The notes under the pieces are model-generated. The model made no database searches and was not told the DNA's origin. It worked only from the letters and a program-made list of their open reading frames with translations. DNA of 64,000 nt from Spirochaetia bacterium. GTDB taxonomy: Bacteria; Spirochaetota; Spirochaetia; SZUA-6; Bin103. The position numbers and the translations under genes were made by a program. Where the stretch lies: NCBI GenBank assembly GCA_965208575.1, contig CBDBOV010000005.1:1184001-1248000 (forward strand). The letters are read 5' to 3'. This document shows, piece after piece, positions 18,822 through 27,912 of this stretch. Numbering within the stretch: position 1 is the stretch's first letter; each line of letters begins with the position of its first letter.

Positions 18822-19631
18822 CTATCTGGTTGCCTTCAGGGAAAATATCTGAGGGATCGAAGCGTTGTGCGCAGGCAGCCGCCACCAGCCGTCGCGGCAA
18901 CGCACCATGCCGGGCAGCGCACGGTAGTTGCTGAATGGAAACTCGTGCACGTACTGCAGGCGCAGCCCGGCATCGAGCACGGCGTTCAGAATCTCGGCCA
19001 TGCTGTGGCGCCATTCGTAGCTCGGCGACGGGATCGTCTCATCGCCCGCGTAGCTGTAGCCGTTGCCGCCGTACCGCGTGCCCGCCGGATCGGGGAAGTA
19101 GGGATTGCGGACGCGCAGCTCGGAATCGTCGAGGTTGTCGTCATCGGCGAAGATGTGGCACAGCGGGTGGCCCTCGAACAGGTAGAAGGTGCCGCCCGGC
19201 TTCAGGAATCGGGCGGCCACCTCGGCCCAGGCGGTGAGGTCGGGCAGCCACACCAGCACGCCCGAAGCAGTGTACACCACGTCGAACTGTTCGTCGAGCG
19301 CCTCCGGCAGGTCGTACACGTTGCTGCAAATGAATCGCGTGTCCAGCCCCAGTTCGGCGCTCAGGCCGCGGGCCAGCTCGATCGCCGCGTCGGAGAAGTC
19401 CACTCCCGTCGCCCGTGCGCCGAGCCGCGACCACGACATGGTGTCCATGCCGAAGTGGCATTGCAGGTGCAGCAGGCTCTTGCCGGGTACCGGACCGACC
19501 TCCTCGCGCTCGATGTCGTTGAGCGAGATGGCGCCCGCCCTGAACCGGTCCACGCCGTAGAAGTCGGAGGCGGCGTGCACCGGCACGCGTTCGTTCCAGT
19601 TCTGCCGGTTCACGGCCAGACGCGGGTCCAT
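18822..19631 (-). CDS. Class I SAM-dependent methyltransferase
   Basis: NRQNWNERVPVH, LLHLQCHFG.DT, GVDFS, FDVVYT, LKPGG motifs. Confidence 0.9.
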   Translation of the reverse strand: MDPRLAVNRQNWNERVPVHAASDFYGVDRFRAGAISLNDIEREEVGPVPGKSLLHLQCHFGMDTMSWSRLGARATGVDFSDAAIELARGLSAELGLDTRFICSNVYDLPEALDEQFDVVYTASGVLVWLPDLTAWAEVAARFLKPGGTFYLFEGHPLCHIFADDDNLDDSELRVRNPYFPDPAGTRYGGNGYSYAGDETIPSPSYEWRHSMAEILNAVLDAGLRLQYVHEFPFSNYRALPGMVRCRDGWWRLPAHNASIPQIFSLKATR

Positions 19632-19739
19632 GACCAAAGCTACTTCCGGCTTCGGTCTCGCGGCTACCGGCAGCACGGTTTTCGCCTCTGTTCGCCCGCG
19701 CTTTACCTGTCCGGCGGCGTCGGAGTACGGTTTCGGCAC

Positions 19740-20504
19740 ATGGAACTGCGCAAGAATCGCATCAAGCAGAAGTTGGCGGCCGGCGGGGTGGCCACCGTGG
19801 TCAGCGGCATCACCCATCCCGACGACATCGACGCGTTCGGTCCGATCGCCGAGGCCACCGGTGTCGACGGCGTGTGGCTGGAGGGCGAGCACGGGGCGGT
19901 GGACGCCGCCGAGCTGGGCAACCTTACCCGCGCCTGCGACATCTGGGGCCTGACCTCGGTGGTGCGTGTCAACGACAACCACCAGGGGCTGATCTACCGT
20001 ACGCTCGACCGTGGCGCACAGGCGGTGGTAGTGCCGCATGTCAACACGCGCGCGGAAGCGGAAAACGTCGTGGCGGGCGGCAAGTTCGCGCCGGAAGGCA
20101 AGCGTGGCATGTACACCAGCCGCCAGTATTACGGCGTGGACGGCTACGTGCACAGCGGCAATGACGAGACCTGCCTGATCGTGCTGATCGAGGACATCGC
20201 CGCGCACGCCAACCTGGACGAGATCCTTGCGGTCGATCACATCGACGTGTTCTTCGTAGCGCCGTCCGACTATGCCGCCTCCATGGGCCACATCGGCGAA
20301 ACCGGCCACCCGGCGGTAAGGGAGAAGATCGAAGACTCGATCCGGCGCATCGCGGCGGCCGGCAAGGTTGCCGGTTCGCTGACCAGCAACGAGGACGTGG
20401 CGGACTACGTCGCCATGGGGGTGCGCTTCGTCCTCACGGCAACCAAGGGCTGGCTGCAGGCGGGCGCCGCCGGGTACACCGCGGCGGCACGCGAAGGTTC
20501 CTGA
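19740..20504 (+). CDS. HpcH/HpaI aldolase family protein
   Basis: [41 protein letters not shown] motifs. Confidence 0.9.
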   Translation: MELRKNRIKQKLAAGGVATVVSGITHPDDIDAFGPIAEATGVDGVWLEGEHGAVDAAELGNLTRACDIWGLTSVVRVNDNHQGLIYRTLDRGAQAVVVPHVNTRAEAENVVAGGKFAPEGKRGMYTSRQYYGVDGYVHSGNDETCLIVLIEDIAAHANLDEILAVDHIDVFFVAPSDYAASMGHIGETGHPAVREKIEDSIRRIAAAGKVAGSLTSNEDVADYVAMGVRFVLTATKGWLQAGAAGYTAAAREGS

Positions 20505-20536
20505 ACGCGCACGCAGCGGCGGCACGGAGGCTGGCA

Positions 20537-20719
20537 ATGCAGGCGTTGGTTCGCTACGCCCACGTCTATCCGCGCGCACTGGCGCTGATGGAGAGCGGCG
20601 CCATCGACGTGCGGCCCCTGATCACCGACACGTTCCCGTTCGCCGACAGCGTGGCGGCATTCGAGTTTGCCGCGGCCATGCCGGAAGCCAGCGTCAAGGC
20701 GCAGATTACGCTGCAATGA
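20537..20719 (+). pseudogene. C-terminal remnant of a sorbitol/xylitol-type Zn alcohol dehydrogenase
   Basis: [31 protein letters not shown]...SVKAQI matches the last ~55 aa of that family; the catalytic and Rossmann parts are missing. Confidence 0.7.
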
Positions 20720-20740
20720 CGCGCTCGGCATTCTGCCGCG

Positions 20741-22309
20741 TCAGCGTCCGCCGCGGTGTACTTCCAGGCAGGTCATGTGCGACTTGGCAGCGCCGAGCGA
20801 GCGCCAGGTGAAGCTGCACTCCGGATAGGCGCGGCCGGCGACGAGCCGGAGCAGGCCGCCGTTGAACCAGTTGACCACCGAGCCGTCATACTTCGCCGGT
20901 CCGTGGTAGGACGCATACGGGGCTGCGCCGTCACGGTCGCGGATCATGATGTCGGTTATCTCCAGCACCCCGTGCGGGTGGAGCAGGCCGATCAGTCGCA
21001 GACACGCGCCGATGGCACGGTCCGACAGCGGGATGCGCCGGTCCGGTCCCGGTGCCGCCACCTCCGGCGGCAGCGCCCCCGCCGGTGCCTGCCAGGTTGC
21101 GACGCTGTCGGGATCGGCTACCTCCACCAGCCGCTCGCGCAGCCTGAGGCCGCTGCCGCGAAATGCGGGGTTGCCGAACAGGTCCTGCCAGAACAGGTAC
21201 CATCCGCGTTCGCCGTCGGTGGCGCCGTGCGCCGCGAACCTGTCCCGGCGGTGCTCCAGGAAGCGGCCGACGGCGCCGGTGGCAGTGCCTGCCATGCCGC
21301 GAAGATCGGTTGCCAGGCGACCGGGGTTCAACCCGTGCCGCGCGGCGAGCCACTCGAGCGCGGCTGCCGGCAGGTACAGGCAGGTGTGCAACTGGTAGTG
21401 ACGGCCGCCGATCTGCACCAGTTCTTCGCCCGGCAGGTTGTCGAGCAGGTTGGTCAGGTGCGCGCCGAGTATCCGCCCTCGATAAGCCTCCAGCGCGTGT
21501 CCCGGCCGCGTCAGGTCGAACGCGAGGTAGTGGACCGAGACCGAGCCGCGCCGCTGTCCGAGGCGCGTGCGGGCACGGCGCAGGGCGCCGGGAGAGCGGT
21601 CGGCGACGAGGTAGTCCACGGCCTCCAGCCGTGCGAGGTGGCGAATCATCGTCTCTGCATACCCGGTGTCCGCGGCGCCGACATCGAGGTAGGCGAGCGG
21701 CAGTGCCCGCGCCGCGCCGCCGCTGCCGCGTGCGCGGCGCACCCGGGCGCAGAATCGGCGGGCGTGTTCGGCGGTGCGGACCGGGTCGCTGTCCGGCGAG
21801 CCGCCGATCGAGTCATGCGCGTTCCGGCCGACGGCGGCCATGTAGGCGGGCAAGTGGTGCCAGAACGCGGCGTTGAAATCCCATATCGGGCTCTCTCCCG
21901 CGTTCCCGTAGCCGCCAATGTCGATGCCCGGCGCCTGCAACGGGCCGTCGAGTGCCTCGGCGACGTGGCATGCGAATTCCGCCGGCGATCCTGTCTGGCC
22001 CAAGTCGACCGTCAGTTCCCGCGCGCGGGTGCCGTCCGCGTGGTGGATCTCGCGCAGCGCAACCGCCCGGCGGAAGTGCTGCCGGTAGGAGATCCGGCTC
22101 CAGCACACCCGGTCCGGCACCGGGCGCATCGCCGCGCGCCGCTCGGCCAGCACACGCAGCCCGCGCGCCACCACGGGTGCCGATTCGCCGGCCGCGATGC
22201 CGGGCGCGAAGCGATGAACGATCCCGTCCGCGACCGGCGGGAGGAGGCCCGACCGCGGCACCGTCACCGCGGCATCCGGCGCAGGGGAGGGCACGCACGC
22301 GGCCGGCAC
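20741..22309 (-). CDS. Putative SAM-dependent methyltransferase-like protein (MidA/NDUFAF7-like traits), start uncertain
   Basis: YLDVGA.D.GYA, YLVADRS, HLTNLLDNLP, GPAKYDGSVVNW motifs. Confidence 0.55.
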   Translation of the reverse strand: MPAACVPSPAPDAAVTVPRSGLLPPVADGIVHRFAPGIAAGESAPVVARGLRVLAERRAAMRPVPDRVCWSRISYRQHFRRAVALREIHHADGTRARELTVDLGQTGSPAEFACHVAEALDGPLQAPGIDIGGYGNAGESPIWDFNAAFWHHLPAYMAAVGRNAHDSIGGSPDSDPVRTAEHARRFCARVRRARGSGGAARALPLAYLDVGAADTGYAETMIRHLARLEAVDYLVADRSPGALRRARTRLGQRRGSVSVHYLAFDLTRPGHALEAYRGRILGAHLTNLLDNLPGEELVQIGGRHYQLHTCLYLPAAALEWLAARHGLNPGRLATDLRGMAGTATGAVGRFLEHRRDRFAAHGATDGERGWYLFWQDLFGNPAFRGSGLRLRERLVEVADPDSVATWQAPAGALPPEVAAPGPDRRIPLSDRAIGACLRLIGLLHPHGVLEITDIMIRDRDGAAPYASYHGPAKYDGSVVNWFNGGLLRLVAGRAYPECSFTWRSLGAAKSHMTCLEVHRGGR

Positions 22310-22352
22310 CGGGCGTGTAGCGCCCCGCGACTACATCGCACGACGCGGTCGT

Positions 22353-22510
22353 GCTACTCGGCGCCTGCTAGGTAGCGCCGGTACGCGGTACGCCTGGGGG
22401 CTTACTCGGCGCCTGCAACGTAGAGACGGTACGCCGGGTGCGCTTACTCGGCGCCTGCAACATGGAGCCGGTACGCACTGGCGCGCTCACTCGGCGCCTG
22501 CAACGTAGAG
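22353..22510. repeat. Four degenerate ~42-47-bp tandem copies of the lipoprotein gene 3' end (core ACTCGGCGCCTGC)
   Basis: Copies start near 22353, 22400, 22442 and 22485; the last is the coding end (..YVAGAE*). Confidence 0.85.
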
Positions 22511-25500
22511 GTCGACGAAGTGCACCGGCCCACCAAGCGCCCGCAGGGCGACCGTGTCGGCAGCCCGCGCCGACACCGCTCCGGTAGCCATCACCTTGAA
22601 CTGCTCGGTTCCGTCGACGAACACCGAGATCGAACCGGCGCAGGCCCCGGCCGCCGCCATCGGCGGGCAATCGCCCGGCTGATAGAGCGCCTCGATCGTC
22701 ACCTCGCTGTCGAGCGCACGCGCGACCTTGGTGCTGTTCAGCCACATCAGCCGATTGCCGTCGAGCGACTGGTAGAGCTGCACGTGGGCATGATCGGTGT
22801 CGTAGAAACCCACCTCCTGCGTGATCCAGACCAGGTAGGAGTTGCCGTAGTTCCACGTGTTCGCCGTTCGCGGCGTGGCGGAGGCGAGGAAGTGCACTCC
22901 CAGGCCGCTCCGGGCCGCCGCGTCGGCGTATGCGGTGACCCCGTACAGCGTCGCACCGCCCGCCTGCGGCACGTCGCGTACGGCGAATTTCGCGTGCGTG
23001 GCGCCGGCGTCGGTCTGGCTGACCCGCCCGCCGGCGACGGTCCAGGCACCCTCACCGGGCTGCGCGGCGCCTGCCGCGAATCCATGTACCGCTCTGCTGC
23101 CCGCCGGAGCGGCCGCCAGTTTGTCGCGCACCAGCTCCGCAACGGTTCGGACACGGTGTCCCTGGCCGCGCGGTGTGATCACCACCATGCCGTCTGGCCG
23201 CGCCTGGAACGACACCGCGTAGGCTTCGCCGCCGATGCCGACGTTGGAAATTACCAGCGTATCGCGCGCGGTCGCCGAGATGGCGGGCGCGGACAGGTCG
23301 AGGGCCGGCATGATGCCGTCCGCGGTATCGTACAGCCTCTCCGCCACGCCGGTGAACCCGCTCTCGTGGCGCAACCGCACGGCGTAGTCCTTCGCGCCGT
23401 AGCCGATGCCGGAGACGTAGATCGAGTCGGGCCCCGCGATCGACACGGTCGCCGCGTCCAGGTTCAACTGCCGCATGTCCAGGTCGCCGGAGATCGTCAC
23501 TCCGCCCATCGGCGCCAGTTCCAGCTTCAGGGCTTCGATCTCGGCGCGTGCCGCGGCGGCATCGGCCCTGGCTGCCGCGGCGTCGGTCCTGGCCGCGACG
23601 GCATCGGCGGTGGCCGCCGCCGCATCGGTCCTCGCCGCGGCGGCGTCCGCGTTGGCTGCTTCGGCGTCGGCCCTGGCTGCCGCAGCGCCGGCGTTCGCGT
23701 CGGCAACCTCCGCGTCCGCCATGGCGCGTGCTTCGGCAACCTCCATGTCCGCCACAGCGCGTGCTTCGGCAACCTCCGCATCCGCCGTGGCGCGTGCCTC
23801 GGCCATGTCGGCGGCGGCCTGCGCCCTCGCGGACGCCACCAGCTCGTCGGCGGTGGGCGGTAGCGCCACCGGACGGATGCCGACCACCTCGAGGCGATTG
23901 TCGCCGGCATACCGGAGTTGCCCGGAGTAGCCGGTCCCGCCGACGCCCACGTAGGCGACATCGAGTACGTCAGGTTCGACAAGGGTCAACTCGGTCTGCG
24001 ACAGGTCGACGGAGTCGGGGATCAGCTTGCCGGTCGGTCCGAAGATGCTCTCCACGGTCGCCGTGGTGCCGCCCCGGTAGCGCAGCAGCGCCGAGTAGGT
24101 GTCGCCCGCGTATCGGATCGACGAGATGTACACCGACTCCGGACCGGCGAGCGATGCCTCCGCGGCATCGAGATTCAGCAGGCCGGGATCGATTCCGGCC
24201 GCCGATATCATGACCACGCTCGGGCGGTACGCCTCGGCCATCATCATGTCCATCGCCTGCCGGGCGCTCTCCAGGTCGGCGCGCGCCTCTGCGATGGCAG
24301 CCGCCGACTCGGCTTCGACGGCAGCCAGCCGCTCCTCGGCCGCCGTCACCGCGGCGCGCGCGGCATCGGTATCGGCCTCGGCCTCGGCAACGGCGGCGCG
24401 CGCGGCGTCCGTATCGGCCTCAGCCTCGGCAACGGCGGCGCGGGCAGCGGCCACCCGGGCAGCGGCCCGCGCCTCGGTCTGCGCCATCAGCTCGCGCGGC
24501 GTGGGTGGCAGCTTGACCTGTTTGAGGCCGACCAGTTCGAAGCGATTGTCGCCGGCGTACCGGAGCTGGCCGGAGTATCCATTGCCGCCGACGCCGACGT
24601 TGGCTACGTCCAGCACGTCAGGAGCGATCAGCGACAGCTCGGTGTGCGACAGGTCGATCGCGTCGGGGATCAGCTTCCCGGCCGATCCGAACACCTTGTC
24701 GACGGTGGCCGTGGTGCCGCCCCGGTAGCGCATCAACGCCGAGTAGGTAGCGTTTCCATACCGGATTCCGGCAACGTAGATCGACTCGGGACCGCCCAGG
24801 GAGACCGTCGCATGGTCGAGATTCAACAAGGTGGGATCGATCCGGTCGACATCGATCACTACGGCGCTCGGCCGGTGCAACTCCGCCATCATCAGGTCCA
24901 CCCTGTCGCGCGCGGCGTCCACGGCGGCTTGTGCCTCGGCGATGTCGGCGGCCGACTCCGCCTGCACGGCGGCCAGCCGCGCCTCGGCCACGGCGACCGC
25001 GGCCTCGGCGTCGGCGGCTGCCGCCTCGGCGACGGCGATGGCGGCTTCAGCGTCGGCGACTGCAGTTTCAGCGTCGGCGCGCGCTTCGGCGATGGCGGCG
25101 TCGGCGCGCGCTCTGGCGGCGGCCACCAGTTCCTCGGCGGTCGGCGGCAATGTCACCCGCCGGATGCCGACGGCCTGCAGGCGGTTGTCGCCCGCGTAGC
25201 GCAACTCGCCGGTGTAGCCGCTGCCGCCGATGCCGACGAAAGCCACTTGCAGGGTGTCCGGCGACACGAGCGCAAGCTCGGTCCGCGTCAAGTCGACCGA
25301 GTCGGGTATCAGTTTTCCGGCACTCCCGAAAATGCGCTCCACCGTGGCGGTGGTTCCCCCGCGATACCGCAACAGCGCCGAGAACGTGTCGTCTCCATAG
25401 CCGATCGAGGCGATGTAGATCGATTCGGGCCCGGCCAGGTAAACTTGGGCGTTGTCGAAGTTCAGCAGACCGGGATCGAGGTGTTCGGCGGCAATCGTCA

Positions 25501-25954
25501 CCGCGCTCGGCCGGTACGCCTCCGCCGACATCATGTCGGTCTTGTCCTGCGCCCTCGCCGCGCTGGCGCGGGCGCTGGCGATGGCAGCCTGCGACTCCGC
25601 TTCGACGTCGGCGGCCCGTTCCCGTGCGGCATCGGCCGCGGACTGCGCCGCGGCGGCGGCGGCCTGAGCGGTGCCCGCTTCCTCCTGTGCCTGCGCGGCC
25701 ATCGTCTGCGCCTTGCCGGTGGCGGCCTGCGCGTCGGCCACTTCCGCCTCCAGGGCCGCGACGTCGGCCTGCAGGGCCGCGATCTGTTCCTCGGTGGTCA
25801 TCTGTTCAGATTCCGGTTCCACCGCATCAGATTCCGGTTCCACCGCAACTCCGGCCGGACTGACACAGCCGGCGAGCGTTGCGAGCAAGCCTGCAACGGC
25901 AAGCAGCACCGCTGGATGCGCCCTGCGAATCAGCGCGCCGAAACTCATCTTCAT
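22487..25954 (-). CDS. Large predicted lipoprotein: four ~120-aa repeat modules separated by Ala-rich coiled coils, plus a C-terminal beta-sandwich-like domain
   Basis: Hydrophobic signal ending LAG-C lipobox. Repeats of SLAGPESIY...YSALLRYRGGTTATV...GKLIPDSVDL...LRYAGDNRL. Start 25954 or 25975; the upstream part of the listed 1695-aa ORF is a shadow of the ABC gene. Confidence 0.8.
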   Translation of the reverse strand: MKMSFGALIRRAHPAVLLAVAGLLATLAGCVSPAGVAVEPESDAVEPESEQMTTEEQIAALQADVAALEAEVADAQAATGKAQTMAAQAQEEAGTAQAAAAAAQSAADAARERAADVEAESQAAIASARASAARAQDKTDMMSAEAYRPSAVTIAAEHLDPGLLNFDNAQVYLAGPESIYIASIGYGDDTFSALLRYRGGTTATVERIFGSAGKLIPDSVDLTRTELALVSPDTLQVAFVGIGGSGYTGELRYAGDNRLQAVGIRRVTLPPTAEELVAAARARADAAIAEARADAETAVADAEAAIAVAEAAAADAEAAVAVAEARLAAVQAESAADIAEAQAAVDAARDRVDLMMAELHRPSAVVIDVDRIDPTLLNLDHATVSLGGPESIYVAGIRYGNATYSALMRYRGGTTATVDKVFGSAGKLIPDAIDLSHTELSLIAPDVLDVANVGVGGNGYSGQLRYAGDNRFELVGLKQVKLPPTPRELMAQTEARAAARVAAARAAVAEAEADTDAARAAVAEAEADTDAARAAVTAAEERLAAVEAESAAAIAEARADLESARQAMDMMMAEAYRPSVVMISAAGIDPGLLNLDAAEASLAGPESVYISSIRYAGDTYSALLRYRGGTTATVESIFGPTGKLIPDSVDLSQTELTLVEPDVLDVAYVGVGGTGYSGQLRYAGDNRLEVVGIRPVALPPTADELVASARAQAAADMAEARATADAEVAEARAVADMEVAEARAMADAEVADANAGAAAARADAEAANADAAAARTDAAAATADAVAARTDAAAARADAAAARAEIEALKLELAPMGGVTISGDLDMRQLNLDAATVSIAGPDSIYVSGIGYGAKDYAVRLRHESGFTGVAERLYDTADGIMPALDLSAPAISATARDTLVISNVGIGGEAYAVSFQARPDGMVVITPRGQGHRVRTVAELVRDKLAAAPAGSRAVHGFAAGAAQPGEGAWTVAGGRVSQTDAGATHAKFAVRDVPQAGGATLYGVTAYADAAARSGLGVHFLASATPRTANTWNYGNSYLVWITQEVGFYDTDHAHVQLYQSLDGNRLMWLNSTKVARALDSEVTIEALYQPGDCPPMAAAGACAGSISVFVDGTEQFKVMATGAVSARAADTVALRALGGPVHFVDLYVAGAE

Positions 25955-25982
25955 ACCTAGGTCCCCGGATGCCATGTCGCGT

Positions 25983-26011
25983 ATCATTTCCGGCCCCGAC
26001 AAGCTTGTCAA
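25983..26011 (-). promoter_or_regulatory. Sigma70-like promoter for the lipoprotein gene
   Basis: Minus strand TTGACA-17 nt-AATGAT, preceded by a T-tract (UP-like). Confidence 0.6.
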
Positions 26012-26025
26012 TGAAAAAAAGGGCG

Positions 26026-27912
26026 CTATCGGCCGGCCGGCGCGGGTTGGCCGGCGTTGGTGAGCTCGAACTGGCTGTGGTAGATGCGCGCGTAGGTGCC
26101 GTCGAGACGCAGCAGTTCGTCGTGCGAGCCGCGCTCCACCACCCTGCCGGCATCGATCACGTAGATCAGATCGGCGCGCTGCACGGTGCTCAGCCGGTGC
26201 GCGATCACGAAGCTGGTGCGTCCCTGCAACAGCTCGCCGAGCGCCGCCTGGATGAGCAGCTCGGTGCGCGTGTCCACGTTGGAGGTCGCCTCGTCGAGCA
26301 CCAGGATGCGAGGATCCTTGAGCAGCGCGCGCGCAATTGACAACAGTTGGCGCTGGCCGCGGCTCAGGTTGCTCGCCCCCTCCTGCAGCATGGTGTCGTA
26401 GCCGTCGGGCAGGGCGGCAATGAACCCGTGGGCGCGGGCCCGCCGCGCCGCCGCCTCGATCTCCCCGTCGCCGGCGTCCGGCCGGCCGTAGCTGATGTTG
26501 TGCCGGATGGTGTCGGCAAACAGGAACGTGTCCTGCAGGACGATGCTGATGGCGCCGCGCAGGCTGTCCTGCGTTACCGTGCGTATGTCCTGTCCGTCGA
26601 TGTTCACCGACCCGGCCTGCACGTCGTAGAACCGTTCGAGCAGACTGATGATGGTGGTCTTGCCGGCACCGGTGGTACCGACCAGGGCGACCGTGCGGCC
26701 CGGTTCGGCGACCAGGTTCATGCCCTTGAGCACCGGCGTGTCCGGTTCGTAGGCAAAGTGTACGTCCTTGAATTCGACCCTGCCCGCGCCGATCGCAAGC
26801 GGCTTCGCGCCCCGCCGGTCGCGCACCGCCGGTTCCACGTCGAGCAGCTCGAAGACGCGCTCGGCGCCCGCGATGGACGATTGCAGCATTGCCCAGAGCA
26901 TCGAAATGGAACGCACCGGCTCGAAGAAGCGCCGTTCGTACTGCAGAAACGCCACGATCACGCCGATCGTCACCAGTTCGAGATTGGCCAGGTACCCGCC
27001 GTAGGCAAGCACCACGGCGATGCCGATGCCGCTGATGATGTCCATGGTGGGGGCGAACGCGGCAGTCAGCGACTCCGCACCCACGTTGGCGTCGCGGTTG
27101 GCGCGGTTCAGTTGCCGGAAGCTCTGCGAGTTCCACGACTGGCGGTTGAACGCCTGCGCGACCTTCGCGCCGGAGATGTTCTGCTCCAGCTCGGTGCTGA
27201 CGCCGCTGATCGTCTTGCGGGTCTCGCGGAAGGCGGAACGCGCGCGCCGCGAGAACAGCGCCGTACTCACGTACATCAGCGGCAGCAGGGCGAACGTGGC
27301 CAGCGCCAGCCGCCAGTTGAGCCACAGCATTCCGATCAGGATGGCTATCAGCAGCAGGAAGCTGGACACCAGCCGCGACAGCCCCATGCCGACCACCCGG
27401 TTGATGACGTCGGTATCGTTGACCAGCCGCGACAGCAGGTCGCCGGCCTCGTTCCTGTCGAAATAGCTGAGTGACAGTTGGTGGACCTTGCTCATGATTT
27501 GCGCACGCATGCGCAACAGCATGCGCTGGCCCACCGCGGCCAGGGCGTAGCGGCTGCCGGCGTTGGTCAGCCACCCGATCAGGAACAGCACCAGCACCAG
27601 GACCATCGCGATGGTCAACTGCGACCAGGCCGCGTCGCGTGCCGCGGCCCCGGTCAGGTACTGCTCCAGGTGATCGACCGCCACCGCGATGTACACCGGC
27701 GCAGCCGCCTGCGCCAGCGCGGACACGGCTGCCAGGGCCACCACCAGGAACAGGGTCCAGCGCATGTCGCTCATGTAGCGGAACATGCGCAGCAAGGTCT
27801 CGGTGACCCGCGCGGCGCCCTGGTCGTCGCCGTGGAATCCGAACGGTTGCATGCCCATGCGCCCACGTCCCGGTCCCATGGGCGCCTGCGTCTGCCGGCG
27901 GGCGTCGCTCAC
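26026..27912 (-). CDS. Heterodimeric multidrug-type ABC exporter, subunit 2 (TMD+NBD)
   Basis: GTTGAGKTT, LSRGQRQ, LVLDEATS, IAHRL; GTG start overlaps the upstream stop (GTGA). Confidence 0.92.
   Translation of the reverse strand: MSDARRQTQAPMGPGRGRMGMQPFGFHGDDQGAARVTETLLRMFRYMSDMRWTLFLVVALAAVSALAQAAAPVYIAVAVDHLEQYLTGAAARDAAWSQLTIAMVLVLVLFLIGWLTNAGSRYALAAVGQRMLLRMRAQIMSKVHQLSLSYFDRNEAGDLLSRLVNDTDVINRVVGMGLSRLVSSFLLLIAILIGMLWLNWRLALATFALLPLMYVSTALFSRRARSAFRETRKTISGVSTELEQNISGAKVAQAFNRQSWNSQSFRQLNRANRDANVGAESLTAAFAPTMDIISGIGIAVVLAYGGYLANLELVTIGVIVAFLQYERRFFEPVRSISMLWAMLQSSIAGAERVFELLDVEPAVRDRRGAKPLAIGAGRVEFKDVHFAYEPDTPVLKGMNLVAEPGRTVALVGTTGAGKTTIISLLERFYDVQAGSVNIDGQDIRTVTQDSLRGAISIVLQDTFLFADTIRHNISYGRPDAGDGEIEAAARRARAHGFIAALPDGYDTMLQEGASNLSRGQRQLLSIARALLKDPRILVLDEATSNVDTRTELLIQAALGELLQGRTSFVIAHRLSTVQRADLIYVIDAGRVVERGSHDELLRLDGTYARIYHSQFELTNAGQPAPAGR

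Noticed and set aside
22353-22510. CRISPR array
   Set aside because: Units are only ~43 nt, the 'spacers' resemble each other, one copy is coding sequence, and there are no cas genes.
25976-27574. N-terminal 530 aa of the listed 1695-aa ORF (ABC-lipoprotein fusion)
   Set aside because: Out-of-frame shadow of the ABC gene; a promoter and lipoprotein signal define a separate start near 25954-25975.
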